Assembly: GCA_945921465.1 (NCBI GenBank)
Contig: CAMEKS010000003.1
Span: forward strand, 1 to 62,831
Reading direction: 5' to 3'
DNA length: 62,831 bases
DNA from: an uncultured Clostridia bacterium
Lineage (GTDB): Bacteria; Bacillota; Clostridia; Christensenellales; UBA1242
A program made the translations under genes and the position numbers. The notes under the pieces were generated by a model that made no database searches, had not been told where the DNA came from, and saw only the letters and a program-made list of their open reading frames with translations. Positions 11,176 to 21,655 of this stretch are shown here, piece by piece. Position 1 is the first letter of the stretch. The number at the start of each line of letters is the position of its first letter.

Positions 11176-11949
11176 TTGCAAAATTTTACTGAATTAGAGA
11201 AAAGTAAAATAATAGAGTGTCTAGACATTATAGACGAGTTGATTGCTGGTAAATTCATTTTGTTTGATGTTAAAGCATCAAAATTACTGAAGTGTATTGC
11301 ATCTAGTGAATACTTGTATGGGTTGTTTGCAAAATGCTTAATGGATTATGAATTCACCAAAGACATACGTCTGGGCGAAGAGTATAGGCGTTTGCAAGGC
11401 AGATTTAAGGTGCCGGATGATGATAATCTGTTGGCATTTGTATTTTGCCTATGTCTAGAAGTCAACAATGGCAAATTTAATTTGCAAAACTTTGTAGACA
11501 ATAATTTCTTTAGCCCAAGTGGCTATAATTATAGTTATCTCAATTTCGCTAGAGAGTTGCTGATCCCATTCAAGTCGACCTTAATGCGTTATTTGGGAGT
11601 AGAAGAGAGTAGTAATATTACAGAAGGGAAAGGGGAACAATTGACTATGGATATAGATAACACGAACAACAATAATGATAACAAAATTTTATTTGCAAAC
11701 TTACTTTTTTCAATTAACGAGTTGCACGCTAAGGTACTAGAAGACAAGAAAATTCGTCAAGATGTTAAGGACGAAGAATATATTGTGACAATGGGATTGA
11801 TAGAGGCTGTAAGGTTAGAGAATATCAAGATTATCAATGCTCTAATTATCCCATTAGAATATATTTTGGGCAAACAGAAGTCTGTAAAAGACGAATATAA
11901 CGAAGTCAAAAATTGTATGCTTGCTATATATGAAAATTATAGAAAATAG
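11176..11949 (+). CDS. Hypothetical helical protein
   Basis: 257-aa ORF, AAGGAG RBS before TTG, no recognisable motif. Confidence 0.75.
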   Translation: MQNFTELEKSKIIECLDIIDELIAGKFILFDVKASKLLKCIASSEYLYGLFAKCLMDYEFTKDIRLGEEYRRLQGRFKVPDDDNLLAFVFCLCLEVNNGKFNLQNFVDNNFFSPSGYNYSYLNFARELLIPFKSTLMRYLGVEESSNITEGKGEQLTMDIDNTNNNNDNKILFANLLFSINELHAKVLEDKKIRQDVKDEEYIVTMGLIEAVRLENIKIINALIIPLEYILGKQKSVKDEYNEVKNCMLAIYENYRK

Positions 11950-11955
11950 TAATAA

Positions 11956-12939
11956 TTAAATAATTAATAAGATAATACTGCAAATGGTTATAGATAGTGT
12001 AGTTTGCAGTATTTTTTGTGCAAAATAGATTTTTAATTTTATCCCGAACTTATTAAGGTAGGTTAGAGCCTGTAAGAATATTGATAGCCCTCCAAAACTG
12101 ATAATGCCTGTGCAAAGTAGTGCATTGGCATTAAAACTTAGTCCTATTTTGCTAATAACTAGTGAACCTTTTGTTATTTCTATCATTCCTTGTAATACTC
12201 CATTCATAATATCAGCATTGGTTCCAAATAATGTCTGTGCCACATTAATAATCGGTAGAAATATATTGTAATGACTGGCTAGTGATAATATCATATAACT
12301 AATTGCAATATAACCTCCAATAATTAATATTCCTCTAATGCTACTAAGCATACAATTCTCTAGAATATTAGGGGTATTAGAATGGTTTGCAGAGTACTTA
12401 ACGATTGTTGGTTGATAGTATAATTTGCGCCAGAATATTCCATTAACAAGGCTACCCAAGAAGTGACTAATTGCAACAACTAATCCTAGTTTGTAGTCGC
12501 CGAACATTCCTATAGCCACAGTCCCTATAATAAATAATGGCCCACTAGTAGAAGAGAATGATGTAATTCTGCACGCCTCTCCATAGTTTATTATGCCATT
12601 TGTATATAATTCGCTAGTTATTTTTGCACCAACAGGATAGCCAGATAGTATGCTCATAACATACACATAACCTGCCACACCACCACAATTAAATAATTTT
12701 TTGGTTATTGGAGAAAATATAATACCTATAGATTGAGCTATACCGCTGCTATTTAGAATACTTGTTATAAATAATATTGGAAATAATGCAGGCATTACAT
12801 ACTTTGCCCATAGCAATATTCCGTCGAAAAAAGAAGTCATATTTAACTTGGGTGTTGCCAAAAACAGTGACATTATTAATAAAACAACAATTAGCTCAAA
12901 AACAATTAAAACATTTTTACTTTTATGTATTTTTATCAT
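11956..12939 (-). CDS. ylbJ: Sporulation integral membrane protein YlbJ family (Gate domains)
   Basis: VMPALFP, SILSGYPVGAK, SGPLFIIGTV, GMIEITKG, ISFGGLSI; divergent from a patatin gene, as ylbJ/ylbK are in Bacillus. Confidence 0.85.
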   Translation of the reverse strand: MIKIHKSKNVLIVFELIVVLLIMSLFLATPKLNMTSFFDGILLWAKYVMPALFPILFITSILNSSGIAQSIGIIFSPITKKLFNCGGVAGYVYVMSILSGYPVGAKITSELYTNGIINYGEACRITSFSSTSGPLFIIGTVAIGMFGDYKLGLVVAISHFLGSLVNGIFWRKLYYQPTIVKYSANHSNTPNILENCMLSSIRGILIIGGYIAISYMILSLASHYNIFLPIINVAQTLFGTNADIMNGVLQGMIEITKGSLVISKIGLSFNANALLCTGIISFGGLSIFLQALTYLNKFGIKLKIYFAQKILQTTLSITICSIILLII

Positions 12940-12970
12940 ATAATATATGTATTGAATTGGGAGTAAAATT

Positions 12971-13768
12971 ATGAGACCAAAGATTGCTTTAGTTTTGTCA
13001 GGCGGCGCTAGCCTTGGATTTGCTCATATTGGTGTGCTAGATGTATTATTAGAGAACGGAATAGAACCAGACATAATAGTTGGGTGTAGTATGGGTGCAA
13101 TAGTAGGTGGTGCATACGCTGCAGGATTAACACCGAAAAATATGATGAAGTATGTTGGCAAGATGAGTTTACTTAAATTTGTTGATATCAATTTCAACAA
13201 TACTGGTGTGTTTGGAGGTAGGCGAATTAATAGGCTATTGGGGCATATTTACGGTGAAGTTGAAGCAAAAGACGCTAAATGTAAATTTGCAACGATTGCC
13301 GTGGACATTGCTAAAGGTAAGCAGATTGTACTAGAAGAGGGGAAATTAGTAGACATTGTTAGAGCTAGTATGAATATCCCAGGACTATTGGTGCCAAAAG
13401 ATATTGATGGACAGTTGCTAGTCGATGGCGGAGTTATGAATAATTATCCTGATGATGTGGCAGTAGAATTGGGTGCCGATATTGTGATAGGTGTGGATGT
13501 ATTACGCAACTCTTATCCAGTTGGCAAGCCCAAAAATATGTTAATGACAGTATTTAATAGTATGCAAATATTGCAATTGCAATTATACAAATATAAGCCA
13601 AGTCATACCGATGTGTTATTAGCACCATCGCTTGGGGAATATACTCAAGATGATTTTAGTAAAGAGACTAGTAATCGGTTGATTCAAATTGGTAGAGATA
13701 TTACTATTGATAATTTGTATCAAATCAAAAATGTAATTAAAAGTTGGAAGAAAAAACATGGAAGATAG
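12971..13768 (+). CDS. Patatin-like phospholipase (YlbK/RssA-like)
   Basis: SGGASLG, GCSMG (GxSxG), DGG motifs. Confidence 0.92.
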   Translation: MRPKIALVLSGGASLGFAHIGVLDVLLENGIEPDIIVGCSMGAIVGGAYAAGLTPKNMMKYVGKMSLLKFVDINFNNTGVFGGRRINRLLGHIYGEVEAKDAKCKFATIAVDIAKGKQIVLEEGKLVDIVRASMNIPGLLVPKDIDGQLLVDGGVMNNYPDDVAVELGADIVIGVDVLRNSYPVGKPKNMLMTVFNSMQILQLQLYKYKPSHTDVLLAPSLGEYTQDDFSKETSNRLIQIGRDITIDNLYQIKNVIKSWKKKHGR

Positions 13769-15032
13769 GGAATTTGGTAGTGTATATTTGCCATTGGCAG
13801 AACGAATGAGACCTAGAACTCTGGACGAGTTCGTGGGGCAAGAGCACTTGATTTACAAAGATAGTTTTCTGGTTAGAGCCATTCGTTCTAGTATGCTAGG
13901 CAGTGTGATATTTTTTGGACCTCCGGGGACTGGCAAGACTACGCTATCCAAGCTTATAGCTAGTACATCTAACGGTATATTTCGCAGACTTAATGCAGTG
14001 TCATCGGGTGTGGCTGATGCTAAGAAGATTATAGAAGAAGCAAAGCAAAATCAACAGTTGTATGGCAAACGAACATATTTGTTACTAGACGAGTGTCACA
14101 GGTGGAGCAAAGCTCAATCGGATTCGGTTCTTGAAGCAATGGAAATGGGCTATATTACATTCATAGGCTCAACCACCGAGAATCCATATATCAGTATGAC
14201 CAGTGCAATTGTTTCAAGATGTAGAGTATTTGAATTTAAGCCATTGAGTATTGCAAACATTAAGCAAGGCATATTGGCAGCATTGAACGATGCTGATAGG
14301 GGATATGGCAACTACAAATTGGATATAACCGAAGAAGCAATTGATTTTATCGCCAAAGAAAGTGTAGGAGATTTGAGGGCTGCTTATAATACCTTAGAAT
14401 TGGCTGTTGGTAGTACCAGTGCAGACTCAGAAGGTGTAACACATATAGATATAGAGATTGCCAAACAGTGTGTTCAGAAAGGTACTCTTTCGTTATCAGA
14501 GAATGAGTCTTATGATGCACTTAGTGCTTTTTGCAAATCATTAAGGGGTAGTGATGCCGATGCAGCATTGTTTTATATGCAGAAATTGGTATTGTCGGGA
14601 TACGACCCTAAGATATTAGCAAGACGTCTAGTTGCGCATGCCAGTGAGGATATAGGTATGGCTGATAGTAATGCTGTGCTAATGGCAATATCTGCATTAA
14701 CTTCTTGCAAAGAATTGGGCTTGCCGGAATGTTTGTTGACATTGTCTCACGCTATCATCTATATATGTGAAGCAGAGAAGAGTAATTCGGTGCTTATTGC
14801 AATGGATAGGGCTAGAGAAGATGCAATTAATTATAAAAATGCTAAGGTGCCTAATCATCTAAAAAATCATCCAACAGGCTATTCTGACGGAACTGGTAAG
14901 TACAAATATCCACACGATTTTGGTGGTTATGTCAAGCAGCAATATTTGCCAACCGAAATCAAAAGTCATATTTACTACGAGCCAAAATCTAATGGTCGTG
15001 AGAAAAATTTAATTAGAAAGAAAATTAGGTAA
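13758..15032 (+). CDS. rarA: Replication-associated recombination protein A (MgsA/RarA AAA+)
   Basis: PLAERMRP, GPPGTGKT, LLDECH, TTENP, KSLRGSD, ASEDIG, YKYPHD. Confidence 0.95.
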   Translation: MEDREFGSVYLPLAERMRPRTLDEFVGQEHLIYKDSFLVRAIRSSMLGSVIFFGPPGTGKTTLSKLIASTSNGIFRRLNAVSSGVADAKKIIEEAKQNQQLYGKRTYLLLDECHRWSKAQSDSVLEAMEMGYITFIGSTTENPYISMTSAIVSRCRVFEFKPLSIANIKQGILAALNDADRGYGNYKLDITEEAIDFIAKESVGDLRAAYNTLELAVGSTSADSEGVTHIDIEIAKQCVQKGTLSLSENESYDALSAFCKSLRGSDADAALFYMQKLVLSGYDPKILARRLVAHASEDIGMADSNAVLMAISALTSCKELGLPECLLTLSHAIIYICEAEKSNSVLIAMDRAREDAINYKNAKVPNHLKNHPTGYSDGTGKYKYPHDFGGYVKQQYLPTEIKSHIYYEPKSNGREKNLIRKKIR

Positions 15033-15177
15033 TAATCTAATTATTTTAATCTAAATATGTTTTGATATAATAATTTTATATTTATATAATCAATTATTAC
15101 ATATACATTATATTACTATAATATCGTTATTGCAGATATATCGGCCAAAATAATGTGGCAATTTTAACAAAGAATAG

Positions 15178-16023
15178 GTGCGCCAGATGAAAGAAAAATA
15201 CATAGAAAAGACAAATGAAATAGATATAGTTGATACAAGTGATTTCAACATAGAACACATATTAGAATGTGGTCAAATATTCCGTTACAAAAAGACATAT
15301 TTTGGCTATATCATATATGCTTTGGACCAAGAAATACAAGTTTATTGTCAGAAACCCCCAATCAAAATTTTTGCTGAAAATACAAATTTCATTAAAAATT
15401 ACTTTGATTTATATAATAATTATGCTAATATAAAGTCAGATTTACAACAAAGTAATCTGATGAATGATGCCTTGTCTTATGGATATGGTATTCGGATACT
15501 TAATCAAGACCCTGTAGAAATGATTATTAGTTTTATTATTAGTGCTAATAATAATATTCCTAGGATTAAGAAAATAATAGAATCTTTGTGTGCTAAATGT
15601 GGCACTAATAAGGGCGATTATTTTGCTTTTCCGACAATTGCGCAGTTATCTGATTTGACAACAGAAGATTATCGAGCCATGGGTTGTGGTTATAGGAGCG
15701 AATATTTGGTTGACACGGTCAAGGCACTAGGTTCTTGGTTCGATGTAAGGTCTTGTTTTGATATGCCAACAACCGAGGCTAGAAAATATTTGATGCGTCT
15801 AAAAGGCGTAGGGCGTAAGGTGGCAGATTGTATCTTGTTATTTGCATATCACAAGACAGATGTGTTTCCTACCGATACATGGATTGTACAGTTGTATGAG
15901 GAATTGTATCACGAGACTAAGTCCGCTGCATTCATAAGTGATTATTTTACAAAAATATTTGGTGTAAATTCGGGATATGCACAACAATATCTGTATTTTG
16001 AGAAAATGAGGAGAAAAAAATGA
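15178..16023 (+). CDS. 8-oxoguanine DNA glycosylase (OGG N-terminal domain + HhH-GPD)
   Basis: LECGQIFR, SFIISANNNIPRI, LKGVGRKVADC, FPTDTW. Confidence 0.9.
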   Translation: MRQMKEKYIEKTNEIDIVDTSDFNIEHILECGQIFRYKKTYFGYIIYALDQEIQVYCQKPPIKIFAENTNFIKNYFDLYNNYANIKSDLQQSNLMNDALSYGYGIRILNQDPVEMIISFIISANNNIPRIKKIIESLCAKCGTNKGDYFAFPTIAQLSDLTTEDYRAMGCGYRSEYLVDTVKALGSWFDVRSCFDMPTTEARKYLMRLKGVGRKVADCILLFAYHKTDVFPTDTWIVQLYEELYHETKSAAFISDYFTKIFGVNSGYAQQYLYFEKMRRKK

Positions 16024-16877
16024 ATAACAGAAAAATTGCATTATTAGTAGATGTAGACAATGTAAAAATTGGTGGTGAGGCGTTTAACGAACTATATTCC
16101 AAATTGAACGATATCGGCGATGTAGTATATTGCAAATTCTATGGCTATAACGATAGAAAACACATCTATCTATCTGACGCTATTGCTCGATATGGTTATG
16201 AGACAGCACCTTTTATGAGGTACAAGAAGAGATATAGCCAACTTGATACTCGTATGATAGTAGATGCTATTAAGTTGAACTATACTAAGACTGAGATTGA
16301 TACATATTGCATTATTGCTGGAGACGGAGACCTAATTCCTCTGCTAGTAGAATTGAAGAGTTGCGGAAGATTCTTGATCGACGTTAATACTCCATATCAA
16401 GAGCAAAACTATCATATGTTTGATGCTCATATCAAATTGACTAGTCTTAATGATAGTAATGTTGAGACATATGTGCCTAAGACTAAGAAGACAAAAGCGA
16501 TCAAGACTATAGTTGCACCTATTTCTAATGAAACCAAGACTACTAAGGTAGTAGAGACCGAAGAAATTGAAGAAGTGTCTAGAAAATTGCACCAAGCTCA
16601 AGAGGCTAAGAGGGCAGAAGAAAAAGCCGCTGAAGAAGATGTAGATGTTAGTGCAGTTCTTAATGATATAGTAGCAAGATACAACGAACTAGATTTCTTA
16701 AGCAATGATGATATTGATAAGAAATTAGCATTAATTAAGGATATTGAGGTATTTGTTAATAAAGAGACTGCTAAGGGTGAAGGCTTGAAGTCTAGCAATC
16801 CAGATGTAAGACAAATATTTGTAGACCTTAAGAATATAGCTACAGATATGAAGAGCGCAATTGCTAATAATAACTAA
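16020..16877 (+). CDS. NYN (LabA/DUF88, PIN-like) domain protein with acidic helical C-terminal extension
   Basis: LLVDVDNV, DTRMIVDA, IIAGDGDLIPL; ATGA overlap with the ogg stop. Confidence 0.85.
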   Translation: MNNRKIALLVDVDNVKIGGEAFNELYSKLNDIGDVVYCKFYGYNDRKHIYLSDAIARYGYETAPFMRYKKRYSQLDTRMIVDAIKLNYTKTEIDTYCIIAGDGDLIPLLVELKSCGRFLIDVNTPYQEQNYHMFDAHIKLTSLNDSNVETYVPKTKKTKAIKTIVAPISNETKTTKVVETEEIEEVSRKLHQAQEAKRAEEKAAEEDVDVSAVLNDIVARYNELDFLSNDDIDKKLALIKDIEVFVNKETAKGEGLKSSNPDVRQIFVDLKNIATDMKSAIANNN

Positions 16878-16890
16878 TTATTTTAATAAC

Positions 16891-16957
16891 AAAAATACTC
16901 AACCAAATTTGAAGTGACCACTACTAAGTTTACTCCAATTAACGATTGAGTATTTTT
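16891..16957. terminator. Inverted repeat with a 43-nt loop after the NYN gene; possible terminator
   Basis: AAAAATACTCAA (16891-16902) / TTGAGTATTTTT (16946-16957). Confidence 0.45.
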
Positions 16958-17326
16958 TATTGACAATAATACTTATTACAATGCCAATCACACACAATAA
17001 ATTTAGATAATTATTGATTATGATAATGCTAACTTTTTATAAATTTGTAGATAATTATTTTTTGATTATACTTGCTTTGTGCTACAATATATAAGGCGAT
17101 TTAATGAATTTTTTATAAGAAAATAATTATATAATCGTCAACAAAGAGTAGCAAGCAAGATTGCTATTTTAATTCTAATTTTTCTAAACATAAGATATGT
17201 ATAAGCGTTATTAGAAATATTATACATAACAAATATAAATGACAATTCTAATAATTATAATTATTAAATATTTTCTAATTATTGGCTTTACATATTTGAT
17301 AAATTATTTCAGATTCAATAAATATT

Positions 17327-18889
17327 TTGCGATTAATTTTACATTTTCGCAATAATCAAGGAGCAAATATGAGTAAGACAACAGCATTAATAATATTAGA
17401 CGGTTATGGATTTTCTACCAAAATAGTAGGGAATGCCGTAAGGAACGCACATACTCCATATATAGATTCTTTATTGCAACAATATCCAAATACACTTATC
17501 AATGCAAGTGGCGAGTATGTTGGTTTGCCTGCAGGGCAAATGGGCAATTCGGAGGTCGGGCATCTTAATATCGGTTCGGGAAGAATAGTATATCAAGATA
17601 TTTCTCGCATTAGTAATGCTATCAAAGATGGCAGTTTTGATACTAATGAGGCATTTAATTCTGCAATAAATAATTGCAAGAAAAACAATAGTGCACTGCA
17701 TATAATGGGACTGCTATCAGATGGCGGTGTTCATTCGGAGATAGAGCACTTGTTCAGTATTATAGAACTTGCGGCAAAATATAAATTACAAAAAGTTTAT
17801 ATTCACTGTTTTCTAGATGGTAGGGATGTGCCACCTACAAGTGCTGTGAAATATATTGCAGAATTGCAATCAAAAATTAACAGTGTAGGTGTAGGGCAAA
17901 TTGCTACAGCAATAGGCAGATTCTACATTATGGATAGAGATAATCGATGGGAGCGAGTAGAACGCGGCTATAATATGTTGATGAATGCAATGGGCACTAA
18001 GGTCGATAACATTTCTGATGCCATTAGGGCATCTTATGACGCTGGTATAACCGACGAATTTGTGGAGCCAATAGTGCATAAGTCATATGAAGGTGTCAAA
18101 GCAAATGATTCAATTATTTTCTATAACTATAGGTCAGATAGAGCCAGAGAGATTACTAGGGCGGTCACATTCTCAACTTTTGACAAATTTGAGAGATTAG
18201 GCGGATATAGACCTGTTAAGTATATATGTATGACTCAATATGATGCAAGCTTCGACAATGTGGAAATTGCTTTTGGACCAAAAAAATTAGCCAATACATT
18301 GGGAGAATATCTTGCAAAACTTGGTAAAACACAAGCAAGGATTGCCGAAACTGAGAAATATGCACACGTCACTTTTTTCTTTAATGGTGGTGTAGAAGAA
18401 CCTAATAGGGGTGAGCATAGATACTTAATTCCTTCACCTAAGGTAGCCACCTATGACTTAAAACCGGAAATGAGTGCCTACGAAGTAGCAGGTAAAGCGG
18501 TAGAAGTATTGGATGAGGGTGTAGATGTACTTATTCTAAACTTTGCTAATTGTGATATGGTGGGGCATACCGGTGTATTCCCAGCAGCTGTGAAGGCTGT
18601 TGAAACTGTTGATGAGTGTCTAAATAGGGTTGTGGATAAAGTGTTATCTCTTGGCGGCAACTTGATAGTAACTGCCGATCATGGCAATGCTGAACAAATG
18701 GTTTTTGAAGATGGTAGTATATGTACATCACACACAACTAATCCTGTTCCTCTAATTGTTGTAGGTGAACAATTTAAGAATAGTAAGTTAAAACAGGGCG
18801 GCAAATTAGCAGATATAGCCCCAACATTGTTGTATATGATGGATTTGCCTATACCTACCGAAATGGATGGAGATGTTCTAATCAAATAA
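17327..18889 (+). CDS. gpmI: 2,3-bisphosphoglycerate-independent phosphoglycerate mutase (probable start ATG 17369)
   Basis: LIILDGYG, GQMGNSEVGH, DGGVHS, FLDGRD, ETEKYAHVTFF, DMVGHTG, TADHGNAE. Confidence 0.97.
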   Translation: MRLILHFRNNQGANMSKTTALIILDGYGFSTKIVGNAVRNAHTPYIDSLLQQYPNTLINASGEYVGLPAGQMGNSEVGHLNIGSGRIVYQDISRISNAIKDGSFDTNEAFNSAINNCKKNNSALHIMGLLSDGGVHSEIEHLFSIIELAAKYKLQKVYIHCFLDGRDVPPTSAVKYIAELQSKINSVGVGQIATAIGRFYIMDRDNRWERVERGYNMLMNAMGTKVDNISDAIRASYDAGITDEFVEPIVHKSYEGVKANDSIIFYNYRSDRAREITRAVTFSTFDKFERLGGYRPVKYICMTQYDASFDNVEIAFGPKKLANTLGEYLAKLGKTQARIAETEKYAHVTFFFNGGVEEPNRGEHRYLIPSPKVATYDLKPEMSAYEVAGKAVEVLDEGVDVLILNFANCDMVGHTGVFPAAVKAVETVDECLNRVVDKVLSLGGNLIVTADHGNAEQMVFEDGSICTSHTTNPVPLIVVGEQFKNSKLKQGGKLADIAPTLLYMMDLPIPTEMDGDVLIK

Positions 18890-19027
18890 ACGAAAGTGAT
18901 TATAAATATGTTTTTTTGCTAAGTATATGCATTTCAAATTACAGTAAAATATTATAATTAATAGTATTTAGATTGTAAGTAGATAAGTAAAGTAATTTAT
19001 TACAAAGTATAATAAAGTTGTGTTACA

Positions 19028-19061
19028 AAAAGTCACGAAATGGCTATATTTCGTGACTTTT
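19028..19061. terminator. Bidirectional intrinsic terminator between gpmI and the convergent gene
   Basis: Perfect 14-bp arms AAAGTCACGAAAT...ATTTCGTGACTTT, 6-nt loop. Confidence 0.8.
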
Positions 19062-19089
19062 ATATTATTTGCATAGTACTTTTTTTTTA

Positions 19090-19539
19090 TTATTGCAGGT
19101 CTGAATTAAGAAACTTTTTGATATTAGTGAAGTTTTTATCTTGTAATTCTTCCAATTCTAATAATGTATTGTATAATTTTTCATCTACTTGCTTATAATC
19201 AAACTTGTCCTTGTAGCACTGTGATAATCCCATTACTGTGCCTATTAGTAATAATTGTGCAATTTTTCTTGTACTGTTGTCTGTCATTGTTGACATTTTG
19301 ATAGATGTCCACAATTTTGCTTTTTCAAAAAAATTGTTGTCTTTGATTTCTAGATTATGTTCTTTAGCGTAATCTTCAACTTTATTTGATATCTTTTCGT
19401 ATTCTAGGTATTCGCTACGTAGTTCTTTCAAGAGTTCTCTATTAGATATTTTATCCTCTATATCATGTATACTTTGCATTCCTACTTTTGCGTTTTGATA
19501 AATTGTATTAGCGAATTCCACAACTTTTTCTTCATTCAT
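19090..19539 (-). CDS. Conserved clostridial four-helix (ferritin-like) hypothetical protein, possibly spore-associated
   Basis: IYQNAKVGMQSI, WTSIKMSTMTDNSTRKIAQLLLIGTVMG pattern recalled from clostridial hypothetical proteins; GGAGG RBS. Confidence 0.7.
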   Translation of the reverse strand: MNEEKVVEFANTIYQNAKVGMQSIHDIEDKISNRELLKELRSEYLEYEKISNKVEDYAKEHNLEIKDNNFFEKAKLWTSIKMSTMTDNSTRKIAQLLLIGTVMGLSQCYKDKFDYKQVDEKLYNTLLELEELQDKNFTNIKKFLNSDLQ

Positions 19540-19558
19540 TATTGTTCCTCCATATTAA

Positions 19559-19588
19559 TATTTTGTCTAATAGTAAATTATTTTATTC
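19559..19588 (-). promoter_or_regulatory. Possible sigmaG/sigmaF-type promoter
   Basis: Minus strand GAATA-N18-CAAAATA fits the Bacillus sigmaG consensus; short motif in AT-rich DNA. Confidence 0.3.
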
Positions 19589-19996
19589 GTTACTAAGTTA
19601 TTGATGTGTACGATAATATGACAAATTATGAAATATAGAATATATTTGACTAACGATATAATATTTTTAACTTGTAGTATTGTCATAATTTAACTATTTC
19701 GTGTTTAATTTGTTATTAATGATTTGGTTATTAAGACAAAAATATTAGTTTGTTTTAACATTTTGAGTGATGTGTAATACATATTGGTTGTATCACAGAA
19801 GTTGGCTTGTAAGTTAAATATAAGTTTTAAGTTATTGTGCAAAATAATTATTTTTTTTGAAAATTTAATTATTTTATAATTAACGTTAATAATACTATCC
19901 AAAAATGTAGAAAATAAAATCAGAGAGTTAATTAGTTGACAATAATCGACTTTACAATGTACAATTGGGATGTAATTATAGTGGAGGAGTATTGAA

Positions 19997-20689
19997 TTGC
20001 AAGATACTAGAGCTAAATTAATAATATCAATATTATCTATTTGCATTGTTCTATCAGTTATCGCTTTTGGGATACTGGTTGTTTTTGCGTCACGTAATTA
20101 TTTTTTAGAGGCCTCCTTTAGTACTATATATAATGCTGATGAGGTAGATATAAGTATTCTTACTTATGGCAAATACTATTCTGATATAAATAATCTAGAT
20201 GACTGGAGTTATGTTCAAGTTAACAATAATGATACAGCAACAATTGTATTCAAAGATTACACTGATACTTTGACTAAGTCCGCTGATTTTGCTGCTGCTC
20301 CTATTACCGATGAGACAGGATTTGTAGAATACACATATGAGATTACTAATCTAAATACCAATATATCAGTTCAGGGTAGTTTTAGTTTTGCTAATTCACC
20401 ACAAAACGTATCTAATGTTTATATTACTGCATACGATTCCTATAATAATCAAAAACGTGTTACTATTAACTATGACTCTGCAATATTTGTATCAGACGAT
20501 ATATCCAGCTGGTCTACTACTCGTGATACCAACTACAATAATGTTAGCCTATCTGACGGAGTATTGTTATTTAATTTCGATATTCCGGCAGGTGGGATAA
20601 GAATCTTTTATATCGCCATAGGCCTATATGACACTAGAGATGACGCTAGTTGTAGCGGAACATTTAATTTTACTTTTACAAAAATCTAA
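19997..20689 (+). CDS. Secreted/membrane-anchored beta-rich protein, paralogue 2 of 3
   Basis: GGAGGAG RBS, TTG start, hydrophobic N-terminus, ends SGTFNFTFTKI. Confidence 0.8.
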   Translation: MQDTRAKLIISILSICIVLSVIAFGILVVFASRNYFLEASFSTIYNADEVDISILTYGKYYSDINNLDDWSYVQVNNNDTATIVFKDYTDTLTKSADFAAAPITDETGFVEYTYEITNLNTNISVQGSFSFANSPQNVSNVYITAYDSYNNQKRVTINYDSAIFVSDDISSWSTTRDTNYNNVSLSDGVLLFNFDIPAGGIRIFYIAIGLYDTRDDASCSGTFNFTFTKI

Positions 20690-20872
20690 GTGGCTACATA
20701 TTTTCACAATGTTAGTAAGTATTCGTTATAAAATTGATATGATTAATCTAGATAGAGTAAATCTTAACTAAATTTTTAATTAATTGAATTAATTTTCAGA
20801 CTATAAACTTAAATATATCAAAACATTGGTGTTATTTAATTAGAACAATTAAATTATTAAGGGAGAAAATAT

Positions 20873-21655
20873 TTGACAACCAAAAATAAAGTAATTATTT
20901 TAATATTATCAAGTGTTTTAGCTATACTATTGATTTGTATGAGCGTCTTTTTGGTTTTTACTGCAATGACTGCCAAGGCTAATTCTTCTTTTTCAATTAC
21001 ATTTACTTCTACTATACCAAATAATTTTAGCATAGAGTGGAGTGCTGTGGCAAACGGAAACTATATGTATTACGTAGTAGACGGTGTAGAATATAAATAT
21101 TTTCAAATGAACGGCGATGTCGCTCATTATTTACCAGGGGCTGGAACAATACTTGGAAGAGGGAAATATAAGTATAGGCAAGGTATGACATCGAAGACTG
21201 TAACTTTATCTAATTCTAATATATATTCGGATTCTGATATATGGATAGGATTTGAAATTACTCCAGATCAGTTAACTCCTATTGATATATCTATGACTTT
21301 TAGTGATACGGGTACCAAGTTATTCAACAATGTGATTTTAGAAATTTATGAGATAGAAGGTGGAATAATCGACGATAGCTTTCGTGATACAGTAGACAAC
21401 TCTTTAGGATATGCAAGTTATTCTTCTGATGGAACAGTAGGTTCTCAAAGCATTGTATGGAATACAACCTCACATCCACTTTTAAGTAATTTAGGTACTG
21501 AGGCTAGATCTGTTACTTTTACTACAAATAATTTTTCTTATACCAAAATTGGTGCTACAACTATAACATCAATTTATTTAAGAATTAAATCCAATGTTAT
21601 TTCTGCAGTCAGTGACTTAATGGGGAATTTGGTTATAAGTATAAGTGGGGTATAA
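20873..21655 (+). CDS. Secreted/membrane-anchored beta-rich protein, paralogue 3 of 3
   Basis: AAGGGAG RBS, TTG start, hydrophobic N-terminus, ends MGNLVISISGV. Confidence 0.8.
   Translation: MTTKNKVIILILSSVLAILLICMSVFLVFTAMTAKANSSFSITFTSTIPNNFSIEWSAVANGNYMYYVVDGVEYKYFQMNGDVAHYLPGAGTILGRGKYKYRQGMTSKTVTLSNSNIYSDSDIWIGFEITPDQLTPIDISMTFSDTGTKLFNNVILEIYEIEGGIIDDSFRDTVDNSLGYASYSSDGTVGSQSIVWNTTSHPLLSNLGTEARSVTFTTNNFSYTKIGATTITSIYLRIKSNVISAVSDLMGNLVISISGV

Noticed and set aside
19705-20046. 113-aa ORF overlapping the start of paralogue 2
   Set aside because: AT-rich promoter-region read-through with Ile/Asn/Lys bias and no RBS
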